This document shows positions 37,877 through 47,750 of a DNA stretch of 56,217 nucleotides, one piece after another. Position 1 is the stretch's first letter, and each line of letters starts with the position of its first letter. Origin of the DNA: an uncultured Clostridia bacterium. Its GTDB lineage: Bacteria; Bacillota; Clostridia; Christensenellales; CAMQZB01. Below the pieces are notes generated by a model. It did no database searches. It was not told where the DNA came from and worked only from the letters and a program-made list of their open reading frames with translations. A program made the position numbers and the translations under genes. The stretch lies in contig CAZIPL010000006.1 in NCBI GenBank assembly GCA_964541255.1, forward strand, positions 1-56,217. Direction: 5' to 3'.

Positions 37877-38658
37877 CGGAGGAACATAAAAAATATCTTC
37901 GAAAAATAAACGCAAGAAAGCGAGCCGTAATCATAACTCAAATAGGCGTTTTGATACTCTTCATATCTTTCTGGGAGCTTTTGTCAAGGCTATATATCAT
38001 AGATCCTTTCATTATGAGCTCTCCCTCGAGAGTTGTCAAAAGCATAATCTCGCTATCGAAAAACGGGCTTTTTAGACATATCGGAATAACCGTTTTCGAG
38101 ACGATGACGGGCTTTGCGATAGCAAACGTAATCGGATTTATTTCGGGCTTTTTGATGTGGTATTTTTCCTTTCTGAAAGAGGTCGCGGAGCCTTATCTTG
38201 TCGTTCTCAACTCCCTTCCGAAAATCGCATTGGGGCCTATTCTTATCGTTTGGTGCGGAATAGGCTATAAGCCGATCATCGCAATGACCGTTCTTATTTG
38301 CGTAGTCATCACAAACATCACCGTGCTTTCTGCGTTTTGCGAAACGGACGGCGACAAAATATATCTTTTCCGCGCAATGAAAGCAAAAAAGCTTACTATC
38401 TTTTTCAAGTTGGTGCTTCCGTCCTCTCTCCCGTCCATTATGTCTATGCTCAAAATCAACGTAGGGCTTAGCTTTGTAGGCTCTATTATGGGCGAATATC
38501 TCGTTTCGAAAGAGGGCTTGGGGTATCTTATCGTCTACGGCGGGCAGGTTTTTAAGCTCGACTTGGTTATGTCCGCAACCGTCATATTGCTACTTTTAGC
38601 AGGTGTTATTTATTACCTCGTTTCGCTTCTCGAAAAGCTGGTAATAAGGTACCGATGA
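37873..38658 (+). CDS. NitT/TauT-family ABC permease (YtlD-like)
   Basis: EPYLVVLNSLPKIALGP, GEYLVSKEGLGYLI.YG; ATGA overlap with the ATPase stop. Confidence 0.88.
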   Translation: MTEEHKKYLRKINARKRAVIITQIGVLILFISFWELLSRLYIIDPFIMSSPSRVVKSIISLSKNGLFRHIGITVFETMTGFAIANVIGFISGFLMWYFSFLKEVAEPYLVVLNSLPKIALGPILIVWCGIGYKPIIAMTVLICVVITNITVLSAFCETDGDKIYLFRAMKAKKLTIFFKLVLPSSLPSIMSMLKINVGLSFVGSIMGEYLVSKEGLGYLIVYGGQVFKLDLVMSATVILLLLAGVIYYLVSLLEKLVIRYR

Positions 38659-39628
38659 GCATCGACAAAATCGCGGCGATACCTATATACGACTGAAGCG
38701 GATACAGCGAAGAGAGAATTTTTATGAAGCCGAGCTTTGAAATACAAAACGGCGGCAAAACCGTCGCGACAAGGGGCAAAACAGCCCCTTTTTGCGTTTC
38801 TTTCCAAAACGAATAGACAGGAAGGCAAGATGACAAAATGGTCGTCATAATCGCGAAATAAAGCGTTATCGTTGCCAATATTCTTAAAGCCATATTATCT
38901 TCGACCATATCAAGAAGCGGAATAGCGACCGTTTTGAAATTTCCTTTTGACAGCACTCTAATAAAAAGTGCCACCAAAACCGCTATGACAAAAGATGTCG
39001 CAAGCGATGATATTACGCACTCTTTTTTCGTCATATCCTTCCCGCATTCAGCCATAACCTCCGCAGCAAGGCAGAAATTCATCGATACGTATAAAAAAGA
39101 GTTTATGCCTATTTTCGTATGAATTGCGTTCTCGGGATAGTACGTCCCATTAAAGGAAGCCGTTATAGCGGCGATTGATATGATAAGAATGGGCGTCAAA
39201 ACAAAATTTGCTTGCTTGACGCCCTTTATTCCTCTCGTTACGAAAAACATCACCGAGATTATGCTTATCGTGGAAAAAATCGGGAAATCAATACCCACAA
39301 ACGAAAACAGCTCGTCTATTGCGGAAAGCATTGCCGATAATACGATATATAAACAAAACAAAAAAGCAATGTCGAAAACTATCGGCATTTTGGGAAGTAG
39401 TCCGCGAGAAAATTCTCGCATAGAAGAAACACCTCTTTCTTTCCCGAAAAAGCTCACCGTCAAAGAAAAAACAAGCATGAGAACGAAAACCCAAGCTCCG
39501 ACAACTACCGCTCGGTTTTCGCCCTCGAAAAACGTATATATCTCTCTTCCGCTCGCAAAGCCTGCACCTATAATTCCGCCTATTGCAACAAAAGAAGATG
39601 ACAAAAATCCAAAAACTTTTTTCGACAT
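38606..39628 (-). CDS. YkvI-like membrane protein
   Basis: IGGIIGAGFASGREI..FF N-terminal motif, about 10 TMs, C-terminal GF..I...LYP. Confidence 0.8.
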   Translation of the reverse strand: MSKKVFGFLSSSFVAIGGIIGAGFASGREIYTFFEGENRAVVVGAWVFVLMLVFSLTVSFFGKERGVSSMREFSRGLLPKMPIVFDIAFLFCLYIVLSAMLSAIDELFSFVGIDFPIFSTISIISVMFFVTRGIKGVKQANFVLTPILIISIAAITASFNGTYYPENAIHTKIGINSFLYVSMNFCLAAEVMAECGKDMTKKECVISSLATSFVIAVLVALFIRVLSKGNFKTVAIPLLDMVEDNMALRILATITLYFAIMTTILSSCLPVYSFWKETQKGAVLPLVATVLPPFCISKLGFIKILSSLYPLQSYIGIAAILSMLIGTLLPAFREAKRGNK

Positions 39629-39714
39629 AACCCCTCCGCTTTAATATATTTTGAAAGGAAGTGCCATATCACTTATTAAAGAAACTTTTTGAAAAGAAAG
39701 ATTTTATAAATAAT

Positions 39715-39748
39715 AAAAACAGCTCCGCATTATAAAAAGAGCTGTTTT
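39715..39748 (-). terminator. Terminator after the TPR gene
   Basis: AAAACAGCTC...GAGCTGTTTT inverted repeat. Confidence 0.5.
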
Positions 39749-39774
39749 ATCGCTATCTACTAATCTTCAAAGCA

Positions 39775-41427
39775 TTATTTCAAATCGTTTCCGAAAAGCT
39801 TTGATTTATATTTTTTTAAGGTGTTTTTATTGACATTCATAATTTCGCACAAACCGTCCTCGTCCGCAAACGAATCGCAATTCTTTGCGATGATTACGGA
39901 AAGAGCTTCCGAGCTTCTGAAATCGCACGCTTTTTCTTTGTATGTAGCAAACACTTTTTCCGCGCTTTCTTTAAGCTCGCTCGGGTTTTTATCTTCGTCC
40001 AATAGATAGTAAAGCGAAACAATTTCGGCATACGCTCTTTTGAAAACGGTAGGCATATCATGCCAATTCTCGGGATATAAAACGTCGTGATCGACATAAT
40101 GTAAAGCTCGAACGGTCATCGAAATCTTGTTTCTGTTTGCCATTATGCACTCTTCTGCCAAGCGCATTTTGAGTCCGTCGCCAACCAAGCTGTCAAGCAA
40201 AATCTCGTCGATATATTCGTCTTTCCACAAAACGTCGCTGTTTGCCACGACCTCTAAAACCCTCGCAACCGTTTCGGCATCGCCCGTTTCGAGAATAAAC
40301 GTAACCGCGTCTTTCAAATCTTCGTCCGTTGCCAACGCTTCGGCGTTATTATTCTTGATAAAGTTTTCGAGCTTTTTATATAAACGCAAAATCTCGGCAT
40401 AAGGCATCTGCGGAGTATAGTTCAAAAGCTCTATCTGTCCGCCTTTTTGAAAACGCTCTTCGGCATTGTTGACATACTTCAAATAGTATTTTGCGACAAC
40501 ATCATTTTCGTCGAGTTTCAATAGATCTATGAAGATTTTCTTCGATTCATAAAACTTTTGCAGATTATATTTCGCTATTCCTAAAAGTAGCTGATACATC
40601 TCTATACGCGGATTGCAGTTAACCGTAAGCAAGAGATATTTTTCAGCCTCCTCGTGCCGCCCCATATCGCACATCGTCGTTGCGATTTTCGCTATCTCGA
40701 ACGGTTCATCAGTCTTTATCGACAATAGCTTTTCGACTAAAACATCCGCCTCCCGAATTTTCTTAAAAATCTTCAGCAGCAATATTTTGTTACAAAGCGA
40801 AACGACGTCTTCGGGGTCTTTCGACAAGGCACGCTCGGTCGAAATAAGAGCGTTTTCGTAATCGTTCTTAATCGTATAGCAAACGAACAAATCGTTCATC
40901 GCTTTCACGAAATGCTTATTCGAATACTCCGTCTTTTTCAAAAGCTCTATCGCCTCGTCGAATCTCGACGCCTTGATTGCCTCTGCAGCCAAGTTAATAT
41001 TCTCCGTTTCTTTGTCGTAAACAAGGCTGTATCTCACCTCTTGCGGCGGCATTTCGTTTGATACTATATCGAAAACCGCATCCATATCTATATCGTCGGC
41101 GCACTGCTCCAAAAGAGCGGAATAATATCCCGCTTCCGCTTTGTTCCCGATAAGAAGCATATTCTGGAACAGTCCGAAAAGCGCGTCTTGTCTGTTTTGC
41201 CCGCTTCTAAGCGTTTTGAAATAGAAATAGTTTGAGCTTCTTATCCTTTCGATTTCGGCATAGGCTTGCGCCTTTGCAAGGTAAATATCCGAAAAATCGT
41301 CAAGATCGGCTATCTTTTCGGCATAAGAAAGAGACAAAAAGCCGTCGGGATAGTTCCCGTTATCGCACTTTTCGTCGAACTTCTCGAGATAGTATTCTAT
41401 GCTTTTGTAAAAATCGATTACACTCAT
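39775..41427 (-). CDS. Tetratricopeptide-repeat protein
   Basis: Repeated helical A..Y/L...A...P patterns (YENALISTERALSKDP, LLGIAKYNLQKFYES). Confidence 0.75.
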   Translation of the reverse strand: MSVIDFYKSIEYYLEKFDEKCDNGNYPDGFLSLSYAEKIADLDDFSDIYLAKAQAYAEIERIRSSNYFYFKTLRSGQNRQDALFGLFQNMLLIGNKAEAGYYSALLEQCADDIDMDAVFDIVSNEMPPQEVRYSLVYDKETENINLAAEAIKASRFDEAIELLKKTEYSNKHFVKAMNDLFVCYTIKNDYENALISTERALSKDPEDVVSLCNKILLLKIFKKIREADVLVEKLLSIKTDEPFEIAKIATTMCDMGRHEEAEKYLLLTVNCNPRIEMYQLLLGIAKYNLQKFYESKKIFIDLLKLDENDVVAKYYLKYVNNAEERFQKGGQIELLNYTPQMPYAEILRLYKKLENFIKNNNAEALATDEDLKDAVTFILETGDAETVARVLEVVANSDVLWKDEYIDEILLDSLVGDGLKMRLAEECIMANRNKISMTVRALHYVDHDVLYPENWHDMPTVFKRAYAEIVSLYYLLDEDKNPSELKESAEKVFATYKEKACDFRSSEALSVIIAKNCDSFADEDGLCEIMNVNKNTLKKYKSKLFGNDLK

Positions 41428-42143
41428 TTAGTAGCCTCGAAAACGATTCTCATGGCTTTATCTTTCGGCTTTTGCTTGAAATTGTCGTCCGTCACCTTAA
41501 CTTTCTTAAAGCCGATTCTCTTCAATAGTTCCACCATGTCTTCGGTATCTTTGACGTGCAGAACGTGCCTTTCGTCAAAGCGAGTATATTTATCTTTATC
41601 CTTGACGAAAAAACATAAATCGCACGTTACTTTCGATTTATCCTTTTGGAGCTTATTCGTCCAAAGATACGTGACGTTCTCTTCGTCGTCGTAAAAAAAG
41701 TTGTTCGCCAAAACGTCTTGGATTTTATATTTCGACGAAACGTCGAAAATAAACGTTCCGTTAGGTTTTAGCATGCCGTAGACATTTTCGAAAAACTTTT
41801 CCGTGGCTTTAGGCGTCAGATAATTCACTCCGTCTATAAGGCATGTCGCGAAATCGAGCTTCAAGCCGTATGAAAAATTCGTCATATCGGCTTCCAAAAA
41901 CTCCGTCGCGATATGTTCGTTTTTGGCTTTTTCCTTTGCCCTTTCGAGCATTTGCCTCGAAATATCGACGCCGAAAACGTCGAGTCCGCCCTTTTTCATG
42001 GCGATCGTCATGCTTCCGCTTCCGCAAGCAAAGTCTATGCCCTTGCCGTGAAGCTTAGATAACAAATACTGCGACCATTTATCATAGTCGCAGTCGTACA
42101 TAAGTTTATCGTATATTGTTGAAAATTGTTCGTAACAAGACAT
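41424..42143 (-). CDS. Class I SAM-dependent methyltransferase (YqeM-like)
   Basis: Y..F..IYDKLM, DFACGSG, GVDIS..ML, LKPNG.FIFD. Start moved to ATG 42143. Confidence 0.88.
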   Translation of the reverse strand: MSCYEQFSTIYDKLMYDCDYDKWSQYLLSKLHGKGIDFACGSGSMTIAMKKGGLDVFGVDISRQMLERAKEKAKNEHIATEFLEADMTNFSYGLKLDFATCLIDGVNYLTPKATEKFFENVYGMLKPNGTFIFDVSSKYKIQDVLANNFFYDDEENVTYLWTNKLQKDKSKVTCDLCFFVKDKDKYTRFDERHVLHVKDTEDMVELLKRIGFKKVKVTDDNFKQKPKDKAMRIVFEATK

Positions 42144-42144
42144 A

Positions 42145-43083
42145 TTACAGAGTTTTTTCTTGCTTAGCGTAAGGATTTGCACCTTTTAGCTTGTTTGTCG
42201 CAAGATCGAAAACGTATTGCGAATATACGGTCCAAGTAAGAAGCATATACGCAAAGCCGATGAATAGCATAAGCATCATAACCAAAAGTCCGAAAGAGGT
42301 CTGCATTAAGCCTATTACCAATCCGATCGGAGCGAGAACGGCGATCGCGATAAGTATGTTCGTGACAAGAAGTCTTACCGTCAACAAAACGGAGTCGTAA
42401 TATATCGCCCAAATGCTTTCTTTATAGGTCAACGAAATGGAATATGCATACATCGTTACGATGACGACAAAAAGCGCGATTGCGGCAAGTCCGACTACGA
42501 TAAGAACCGCCCAAACGTTCCAGCCGTTTAAGTAAAGATAATTCCTCAAATGGTATACCGCATAGGTCAAGCCCATAGCGATTACAGACGTAACGAGAGA
42601 TATTAATATAGGCTGCTTCCAATTGAACTTAAACGCCTTGAAAAGCGTTTTGAACTTGAAATGTCCTTCCGTCCAGACGAAGTTTCTCATAGCGTACTGA
42701 ACGGTCAAAGAAAGATACATCGAAAGGAAAAGCGCCGCGGGGAAAAGCAATACGCCGAACTGCATGAAAAGCTCTTGCGTCAACGCAAACGCTTTTGCGG
42801 CGGCATCTACTACGGCGGGATAACCCGCGCCTATGTATGAAGTGAACGGCAAAGAGGACGATATCGAAATCGAGCTCATTGCGTATAAATATACAACCGC
42901 GATTACGGGCAAAAAGCATATGAACGCGCATACGTTCAATTGGAACATTCCCGTCATCCCCTGAGAAAACAGGTATTTCCAAAGTCCCCATCTTCCCTCA
43001 GCAGTCGGAAGACGCTTTGCCATGTCGCCTACTTTTTGTTTGTGGAAGTATACAAGCTGATCGTTTCTTTTAGTTTCTTTCAT
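42145..43083 (-). CDS. Integral membrane protein (YesL/DUF624-like)
   Basis: 6-7 hydrophobic segments; GGAGG RBS before ATG 43083. Confidence 0.6.
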   Translation of the reverse strand: MKETKRNDQLVYFHKQKVGDMAKRLPTAEGRWGLWKYLFSQGMTGMFQLNVCAFICFLPVIAVVYLYAMSSISISSSLPFTSYIGAGYPAVVDAAAKAFALTQELFMQFGVLLFPAALFLSMYLSLTVQYAMRNFVWTEGHFKFKTLFKAFKFNWKQPILISLVTSVIAMGLTYAVYHLRNYLYLNGWNVWAVLIVVGLAAIALFVVIVTMYAYSISLTYKESIWAIYYDSVLLTVRLLVTNILIAIAVLAPIGLVIGLMQTSFGLLVMMLMLFIGFAYMLLTWTVYSQYVFDLATNKLKGANPYAKQEKTL

Positions 43084-43249
43084 TGAAAGCCTCCGAATTT
43101 TCGCAAGACAAAAAGCCATATTTTTTATCTCACTTAAATACTATACATTATTCCCGATATTTTTGCAACTTTTTTCTCCGAATAATTCTATGCGTTGTCT
43201 TTTATGCAATAAAAACTTTTTACGCATAAGCAAAATAAACTCATTATGA

Positions 43250-43278
43250 TTGACATCAAACCGTTAATATTGTATTAT
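43250..43278 (+). promoter_or_regulatory. sigmaA promoter of asd-dapA-dapB
   Basis: TTGACA-17 bp-TATTAT with TG. Confidence 0.75.
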
Positions 43279-43287
43279 GTATCCGTA

Positions 43288-43415
43288 CGGTAGAGGAGCA
43301 TCGGACAAGAGTAGCCTTTTGGCGAAAGGGTACCGTTGCCGAAGTGTGGAGTTTTCCATGCTGGGCGTGCGGAGTAACAGACGCACGACTGTCGCATTTT
43401 TGCGGTGAGCTATCG
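43288..43415 (+). ncRNA. Lysine riboswitch aptamer (short variant, 128 nt)
   Basis: P1 CGGTAG/CTATCG; AGAGGAGC, AGTA...GAAAGG loop-E, GCCGAA, CTGGG, ACTGTC, GGTGAGCT conserved blocks; upstream of lysine biosynthesis genes. Confidence 0.88.
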
Positions 43416-43438
43416 CTTGAAAATAACTTCGTTTTTTC

Positions 43439-43477
43439 ACGGCGGTCGCTTTTTATGCTTCCGCCGTTTTGTTTTTT
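43439..43477 (+). terminator. Riboswitch expression-platform terminator
   Basis: ACGGCGG...CCGCCGT-TTTGTTTTTT between aptamer and asd RBS. Confidence 0.75.
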
Positions 43478-43510
43478 CGCACCACATTTTTATTTTTTGG
43501 AGATATATTT

Positions 43511-44512
43511 ATGAAGTCTTATAAGGTTGCTGTCGTCGGCGCGACGGGTATGGTAGGAAGAAAATTCTTGCAAGTTCTTTCAGAACGCAATCTTCCAGTT
43601 TCGGAATACTTCCTCTTCGCTTCGGAAAGAAGCGCGGGACAAAAGATCGATTTCATGGGAAAAGAACATACCGTTATCGAGCTAAACGAAGAGAATGTCA
43701 AAAACTATCCCGTTGACATCGCGCTCTTTTCGGCAGGCGCTTCCACATCGAAAAAATTCGCACCGATTTTTGCCGAGAACGGAACAATCGTTATCGACAA
43801 CTCATCTTGCTGGAGAATGGATCCCGATATTCCTCTCGTCGTACCCGAGGTTAACCCCGAAGACATAGACAAAAACCACGGAATTATCGCTAACCCCAAC
43901 TGCTCGACGATTCAGGCAGTCGTTGCTTTGAAGCCCCTTTATGACGCATTCGGCATTAAGCGCATAGTATATACCACATTCCAAGCGGTTTCGGGCGCGG
44001 GAATGAAAGGCTATTCCGACCTTGTCAACAACGCTAAAGAGGGCGAGCTTCAAAAATTCCCCTATCCTATCACGGGCAACTGTCTCCCCCACATCGACGA
44101 TTTCCTCGACAACGGATATACCAAAGAGGAAATGAAGATGGTCAACGAGACGAGAAAGATTCTTCACGACGATTCGATAAAAATCACCGCAACGACAGTC
44201 AGAGTTCCCGTAACTTACGGTCACAGCGAGTCTATCAACGTGGAATTCAAAAAGCCTTGCACGATCGACGAGGTTAAATACGCGCTTTCGCATTTTTGCG
44301 ACAACCTTATTTTGCAAGACGATCCGCAAAGCAACGTCTACCCCATGGCGATTTACGCCGAAGATAAGGACGAAGTTTTCGTCGGCAGAGTACGTATAGA
44401 CGATTCTCTCGACAGCGGAGCGAATATCTGGGTAGTTGCGGATAACATCAGAAAGGGTGCGGCGACGAATGCGGTTCAGATCGCCGAAATAATAATGAAA
44501 AAGGACAATTAA
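43511..44512 (+). CDS. asd: Aspartate-semialdehyde dehydrogenase
   Basis: VAVVGATGMVG, IDNSS.WR, IIANPNCSTIQ, RVPV..GHSE, DNIRKGAATNAVQIAE. Start ATG 43511 after GGAG. Confidence 0.97.
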   Translation: MKSYKVAVVGATGMVGRKFLQVLSERNLPVSEYFLFASERSAGQKIDFMGKEHTVIELNEENVKNYPVDIALFSAGASTSKKFAPIFAENGTIVIDNSSCWRMDPDIPLVVPEVNPEDIDKNHGIIANPNCSTIQAVVALKPLYDAFGIKRIVYTTFQAVSGAGMKGYSDLVNNAKEGELQKFPYPITGNCLPHIDDFLDNGYTKEEMKMVNETRKILHDDSIKITATTVRVPVTYGHSESINVEFKKPCTIDEVKYALSHFCDNLILQDDPQSNVYPMAIYAEDKDEVFVGRVRIDDSLDSGANIWVVADNIRKGAATNAVQIAEIIMKKDN

Positions 44513-44513
44513 C

Positions 44514-45395
44514 ATGAAATCTTTATTCAAAGGCGTAGCAACGGCGATGATTACGCCGTTTAACGAAAACGGCGTCGATTTCGAAGAATTAAAAAGGCTT
44601 ATCGATAGACAAATCGAAGCAAAGGTTGACGCTCTCGTAATTATCGGTACGACAGGCGAACCCGCCACCATGACGGAAGAAGAAAAACGCGAAACGCTTA
44701 TAACTTCAGTAAAGCACGCAAACGGAAGAATCAAAATCATCGCAGGAACAGGCGCAAACAACACTCAAAAAGCTATCGAAGCATCGATTTTTGCCGAAAG
44801 CATAGGTTGCGACGGTGTTTTGTGCGTTACGCCTTATTACAACAAATGCACCAAAAACGGTATCGTGAAGTATTACGAAGCTATTTGCAACGCAATCTCT
44901 ATCCCCGTTATCGCATATAACGTTCCGTCAAGAACGGGAGTTAACATAACGCCAGACGTTGCGGCAAGACTTGCCGATATTCCGAATATTTACGGACTTA
45001 AAGAAGCAAGCGGAAACTTCGCGCAAATCGTTCAGACCGCGCTTGCCGTCGAAAACAAAATAGCTCTTTATTCGGGCGACGACGAGCTTATTCTTCCGTT
45101 TTTAAGTATCGGATCGTCCGGCACGATTTCCGTTCTTTCGAACGTCGTTCCAAAAGAAACGAAAGAGCTTCACGAGCTTTATTTTGAAGGCAAAACGGAA
45201 AAAGCATACTCTATGTATAAAAAGCTCTTCCCCTTGGCACACGCGCTCTTTTCGGAAGTTAACCCCATTCCTTGCAAAGCCGCGCTTTACGAAATGGGAT
45301 ATAACACCAAAATCATCAGAGAGCCTCTTACCGAAATGGAAGAGGACAACAGAGCAAAACTCGTTGCTTGCATGAAGGAGCTTGGAATTTTATGA
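44514..45395 (+). CDS. dapA: 4-hydroxy-tetrahydrodipicolinate synthase
   Basis: GTTGE, TPYYNK, YNVPSRTG, GLKEASG, YSGDD, NPIP.K. Confidence 0.97.
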   Translation: MKSLFKGVATAMITPFNENGVDFEELKRLIDRQIEAKVDALVIIGTTGEPATMTEEEKRETLITSVKHANGRIKIIAGTGANNTQKAIEASIFAESIGCDGVLCVTPYYNKCTKNGIVKYYEAICNAISIPVIAYNVPSRTGVNITPDVAARLADIPNIYGLKEASGNFAQIVQTALAVENKIALYSGDDELILPFLSIGSSGTISVLSNVVPKETKELHELYFEGKTEKAYSMYKKLFPLAHALFSEVNPIPCKAALYEMGYNTKIIREPLTEMEEDNRAKLVACMKELGIL

Positions 45396-46135
45396 TTAAG
45401 GCTTTGGTTTACGGAATACTCGGCAAAATGGGTGCGAACGTTATATCTTCCGTCGAAAACGCAGACGACATCGAAATCGTCGCGGGCGTTGACGTAACGG
45501 CAAAAGACGATTTTTGCGTTCCCGTTTACGACGATATAAAAAAAGTTACGGAAGAAATTGACGTTATTATCGATTTTTCCCGTCCCTCATCTTTGCCGCA
45601 TATTCTTTCTTATGCGCTCAAAAAGAAACTCCCCGTCGTTTTATGCACGACAGGCTATACGGAAAGCGATTATGAAAAGATCGAAAACGCCGCAAAAACA
45701 ATCCCCGTATTTACTTCGGCGAATATGTCTCGCGGAATAAACCTCGTCGCAATGCTTTCTCGCGAAGCGGAACGCGCACTGCCGAATTTTGACGTAGAGA
45801 TTGTCGAAGCGCACCACAACCAAAAGGTAGACGCTCCGAGCGGCACGGCGATTCTTCTTGCAAACGCTATAATCGACGAAAACAAAGAGCTTTTCGTAAA
45901 CACCGAAAGAAGCACGTCGGGTAAGCGCAACAAAAACGAAATCGGCATTTCTTCAATTAGAGGCGGGAAAATCGTCGGCGAACACGAAGTTATGTTTATC
46001 GGCGACAACGAAATCGTCACCATTAAGCATACCGCAATGTCTCGTTCCGTTTTTGCCGACGGCGCACTTGCTGCGGCAAGATTTTTGGTCGAAAAGCCCG
46101 CGGGCAGATACGATATGACGGACGTTTTGAAATAA
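45392..46135 (+). CDS. dapB: 4-hydroxy-tetrahydrodipicolinate reductase
   Basis: G..GKMG, IIDFS, CTTG, EAHHNQKVDAPSGTA, RGG..VGEH. Start ATG 45392. Confidence 0.96.
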   Translation: MIKALVYGILGKMGANVISSVENADDIEIVAGVDVTAKDDFCVPVYDDIKKVTEEIDVIIDFSRPSSLPHILSYALKKKLPVVLCTTGYTESDYEKIENAAKTIPVFTSANMSRGINLVAMLSREAERALPNFDVEIVEAHHNQKVDAPSGTAILLANAIIDENKELFVNTERSTSGKRNKNEIGISSIRGGKIVGEHEVMFIGDNEIVTIKHTAMSRSVFADGALAAARFLVEKPAGRYDMTDVLK

Positions 46136-46186
46136 AGCACTATTTGTTTTTCGACATATCAAAACTTACAATCAACTAAATAATAT

Positions 46187-46222
46187 AAAGGCGGAACCGA
46201 AAAACTCGGTTTCGCCTTTTTT
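46187..46222. terminator. Terminator after dapB
   Basis: AAAGGCGGAACCGA-aaaac-TCGGTTTCGCCTTTTTT. Confidence 0.75.
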
Positions 46223-46391
46223 GTTCGTAATTCGTTAAAGTATCTATGGCTCTCCGTCAACACTTCTTGAACTATAAAAACAAGTTTTTTATATTAAAAC
46301 AGAACGGTTTCGTAAGTATAACATAGTTCAAGATATTGCAAAAAAACGCATAAGAGACCGTTTTAGCGGCTTTTCCGATACATTTACGAAC

Positions 46392-47750
46392 TTAATTATC
46401 GCAATCGTCAAACGTAATCGTGAAAGTACTTCCCTTTTCAAGCTCGCTTTCGACGGTAATTCCAAAGCCCGATTTTTTGCATATTTTTTTAACGACTGCA
46501 AGCCCCAATCCAAAGCCGCCGTTTTTGCCTCCGCGCGATTTATCGACGGTGAAAAAGCGGTCGAATATCTTGTCATAATTTTCCTCCGAAATACCTACTC
46601 CCGTATCTTTGACTTCGAGCTTTTGATTGTCGAGCGTAACGAAAATACTTCCGCCGACTTTGTTATATTTAATCGCGTTTCGCAATAAATTGCCTATGAT
46701 TTCGCTTATATATTCGTGGCGATTAAGTAATGTTACGTCCTCTTTTATATTTTCGACAATCGTCAAATTATTCTTATCCGCTTCGGGCTTTAAGGCAAAA
46801 ATCGCTTCTTTCAAAAGTGCCGAAACGTCAACGATGTTTTTCGGAAGATCGTCGGAGTCTATTTCGCTGTAATTTATTATGCAGGCTATCAAGTTCGAAA
46901 GCCTTTCGCTTTGCGTCGCAATAGTTTGATATGCGATTTCTTTTTGCTCCTCCGACATAAGACCGCTTGTCAATAACTCCGAATAGCCCTTTATCGACGT
47001 TAAAGGAGTGTTCATTTCGTGCGTTACGTTCGAAATGAACTCGTCTTTCGAGGTTTGCGCTTTCAAGACAAGCTCGTTATCTTTTTTAAGCTCCTCCATT
47101 TGCCGCTTTATGCTTCTGTTTTTCGCGTTGAGTATCGCGGCGACAGGCTTTAATTCTTGTATTTCCGTATCGACATACTCGTTGTCGCTCGCGTCTTTCG
47201 CAAGCTTTTTGACGGGATTTATCATATATTCCGTCGCAACGACGGCAATTATTATGCATAAAAATACAGTCAATGCCATAAAAGGCAAAATCGTCGGGAT
47301 TACGCTTAAGAATATCTTCCAGTCGGAATCGACGAAAAGCGCGATTCTGACAATGTACTCTCCGTCAAAGCTCTTGCAATAATATAGCATATTCTGACTC
47401 AGCGTTTCGCTCGAACGAACGGAAAAACCCTCGCCGCTTTCTATAGCTTCCTTGATTTCTTTTCGCCCCGAATGGTCGTTCATCACGTTTGTCGCCAAGC
47501 TATCTGCAATTACTTTGCCGCTTTCATCCATAAACGTAACTCTCGCACCGCTTAATTTTTCCGAAAAAGCCTTTGCGCCATCTTCGGTTAACGGATATTT
47601 TTGCGGGTCGAACTCGTTCATGAAGACCTTTATATAGTTCTTTCCGTCGTCGATAGAAAGCTCGTAATATACCTCCGTCGCAGCAATGCCGAACAAAATC
47701 ACGCATACCAAAACTATTATCAAAGACAAAAGCCAGATTCTCGTTTTCAT
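46392..47750 (-). CDS. Sensor histidine kinase (PhoR-like)
   Basis: 2 TMs, NDHSGRKEI sensor motif, FISNVTHEMNTPLTSIKG H-box, NAIKYN, DTGVGI, GFGLGLAVVK. Confidence 0.9.
   Translation of the reverse strand: MKTRIWLLSLIIVLVCVILFGIAATEVYYELSIDDGKNYIKVFMNEFDPQKYPLTEDGAKAFSEKLSGARVTFMDESGKVIADSLATNVMNDHSGRKEIKEAIESGEGFSVRSSETLSQNMLYYCKSFDGEYIVRIALFVDSDWKIFLSVIPTILPFMALTVFLCIIIAVVATEYMINPVKKLAKDASDNEYVDTEIQELKPVAAILNAKNRSIKRQMEELKKDNELVLKAQTSKDEFISNVTHEMNTPLTSIKGYSELLTSGLMSEEQKEIAYQTIATQSERLSNLIACIINYSEIDSDDLPKNIVDVSALLKEAIFALKPEADKNNLTIVENIKEDVTLLNRHEYISEIIGNLLRNAIKYNKVGGSIFVTLDNQKLEVKDTGVGISEENYDKIFDRFFTVDKSRGGKNGGFGLGLAVVKKICKKSGFGITVESELEKGSTFTITFDDCDN

Noticed and set aside
37142-38658. NitT/TauT ABC pair as the sulfonate transporter for the SQ pathway
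   Set aside because: It is about 29 kb away, has no binding-protein gene, and resembles the widespread YtlC/YtlD pair. Nothing links it to SQ.
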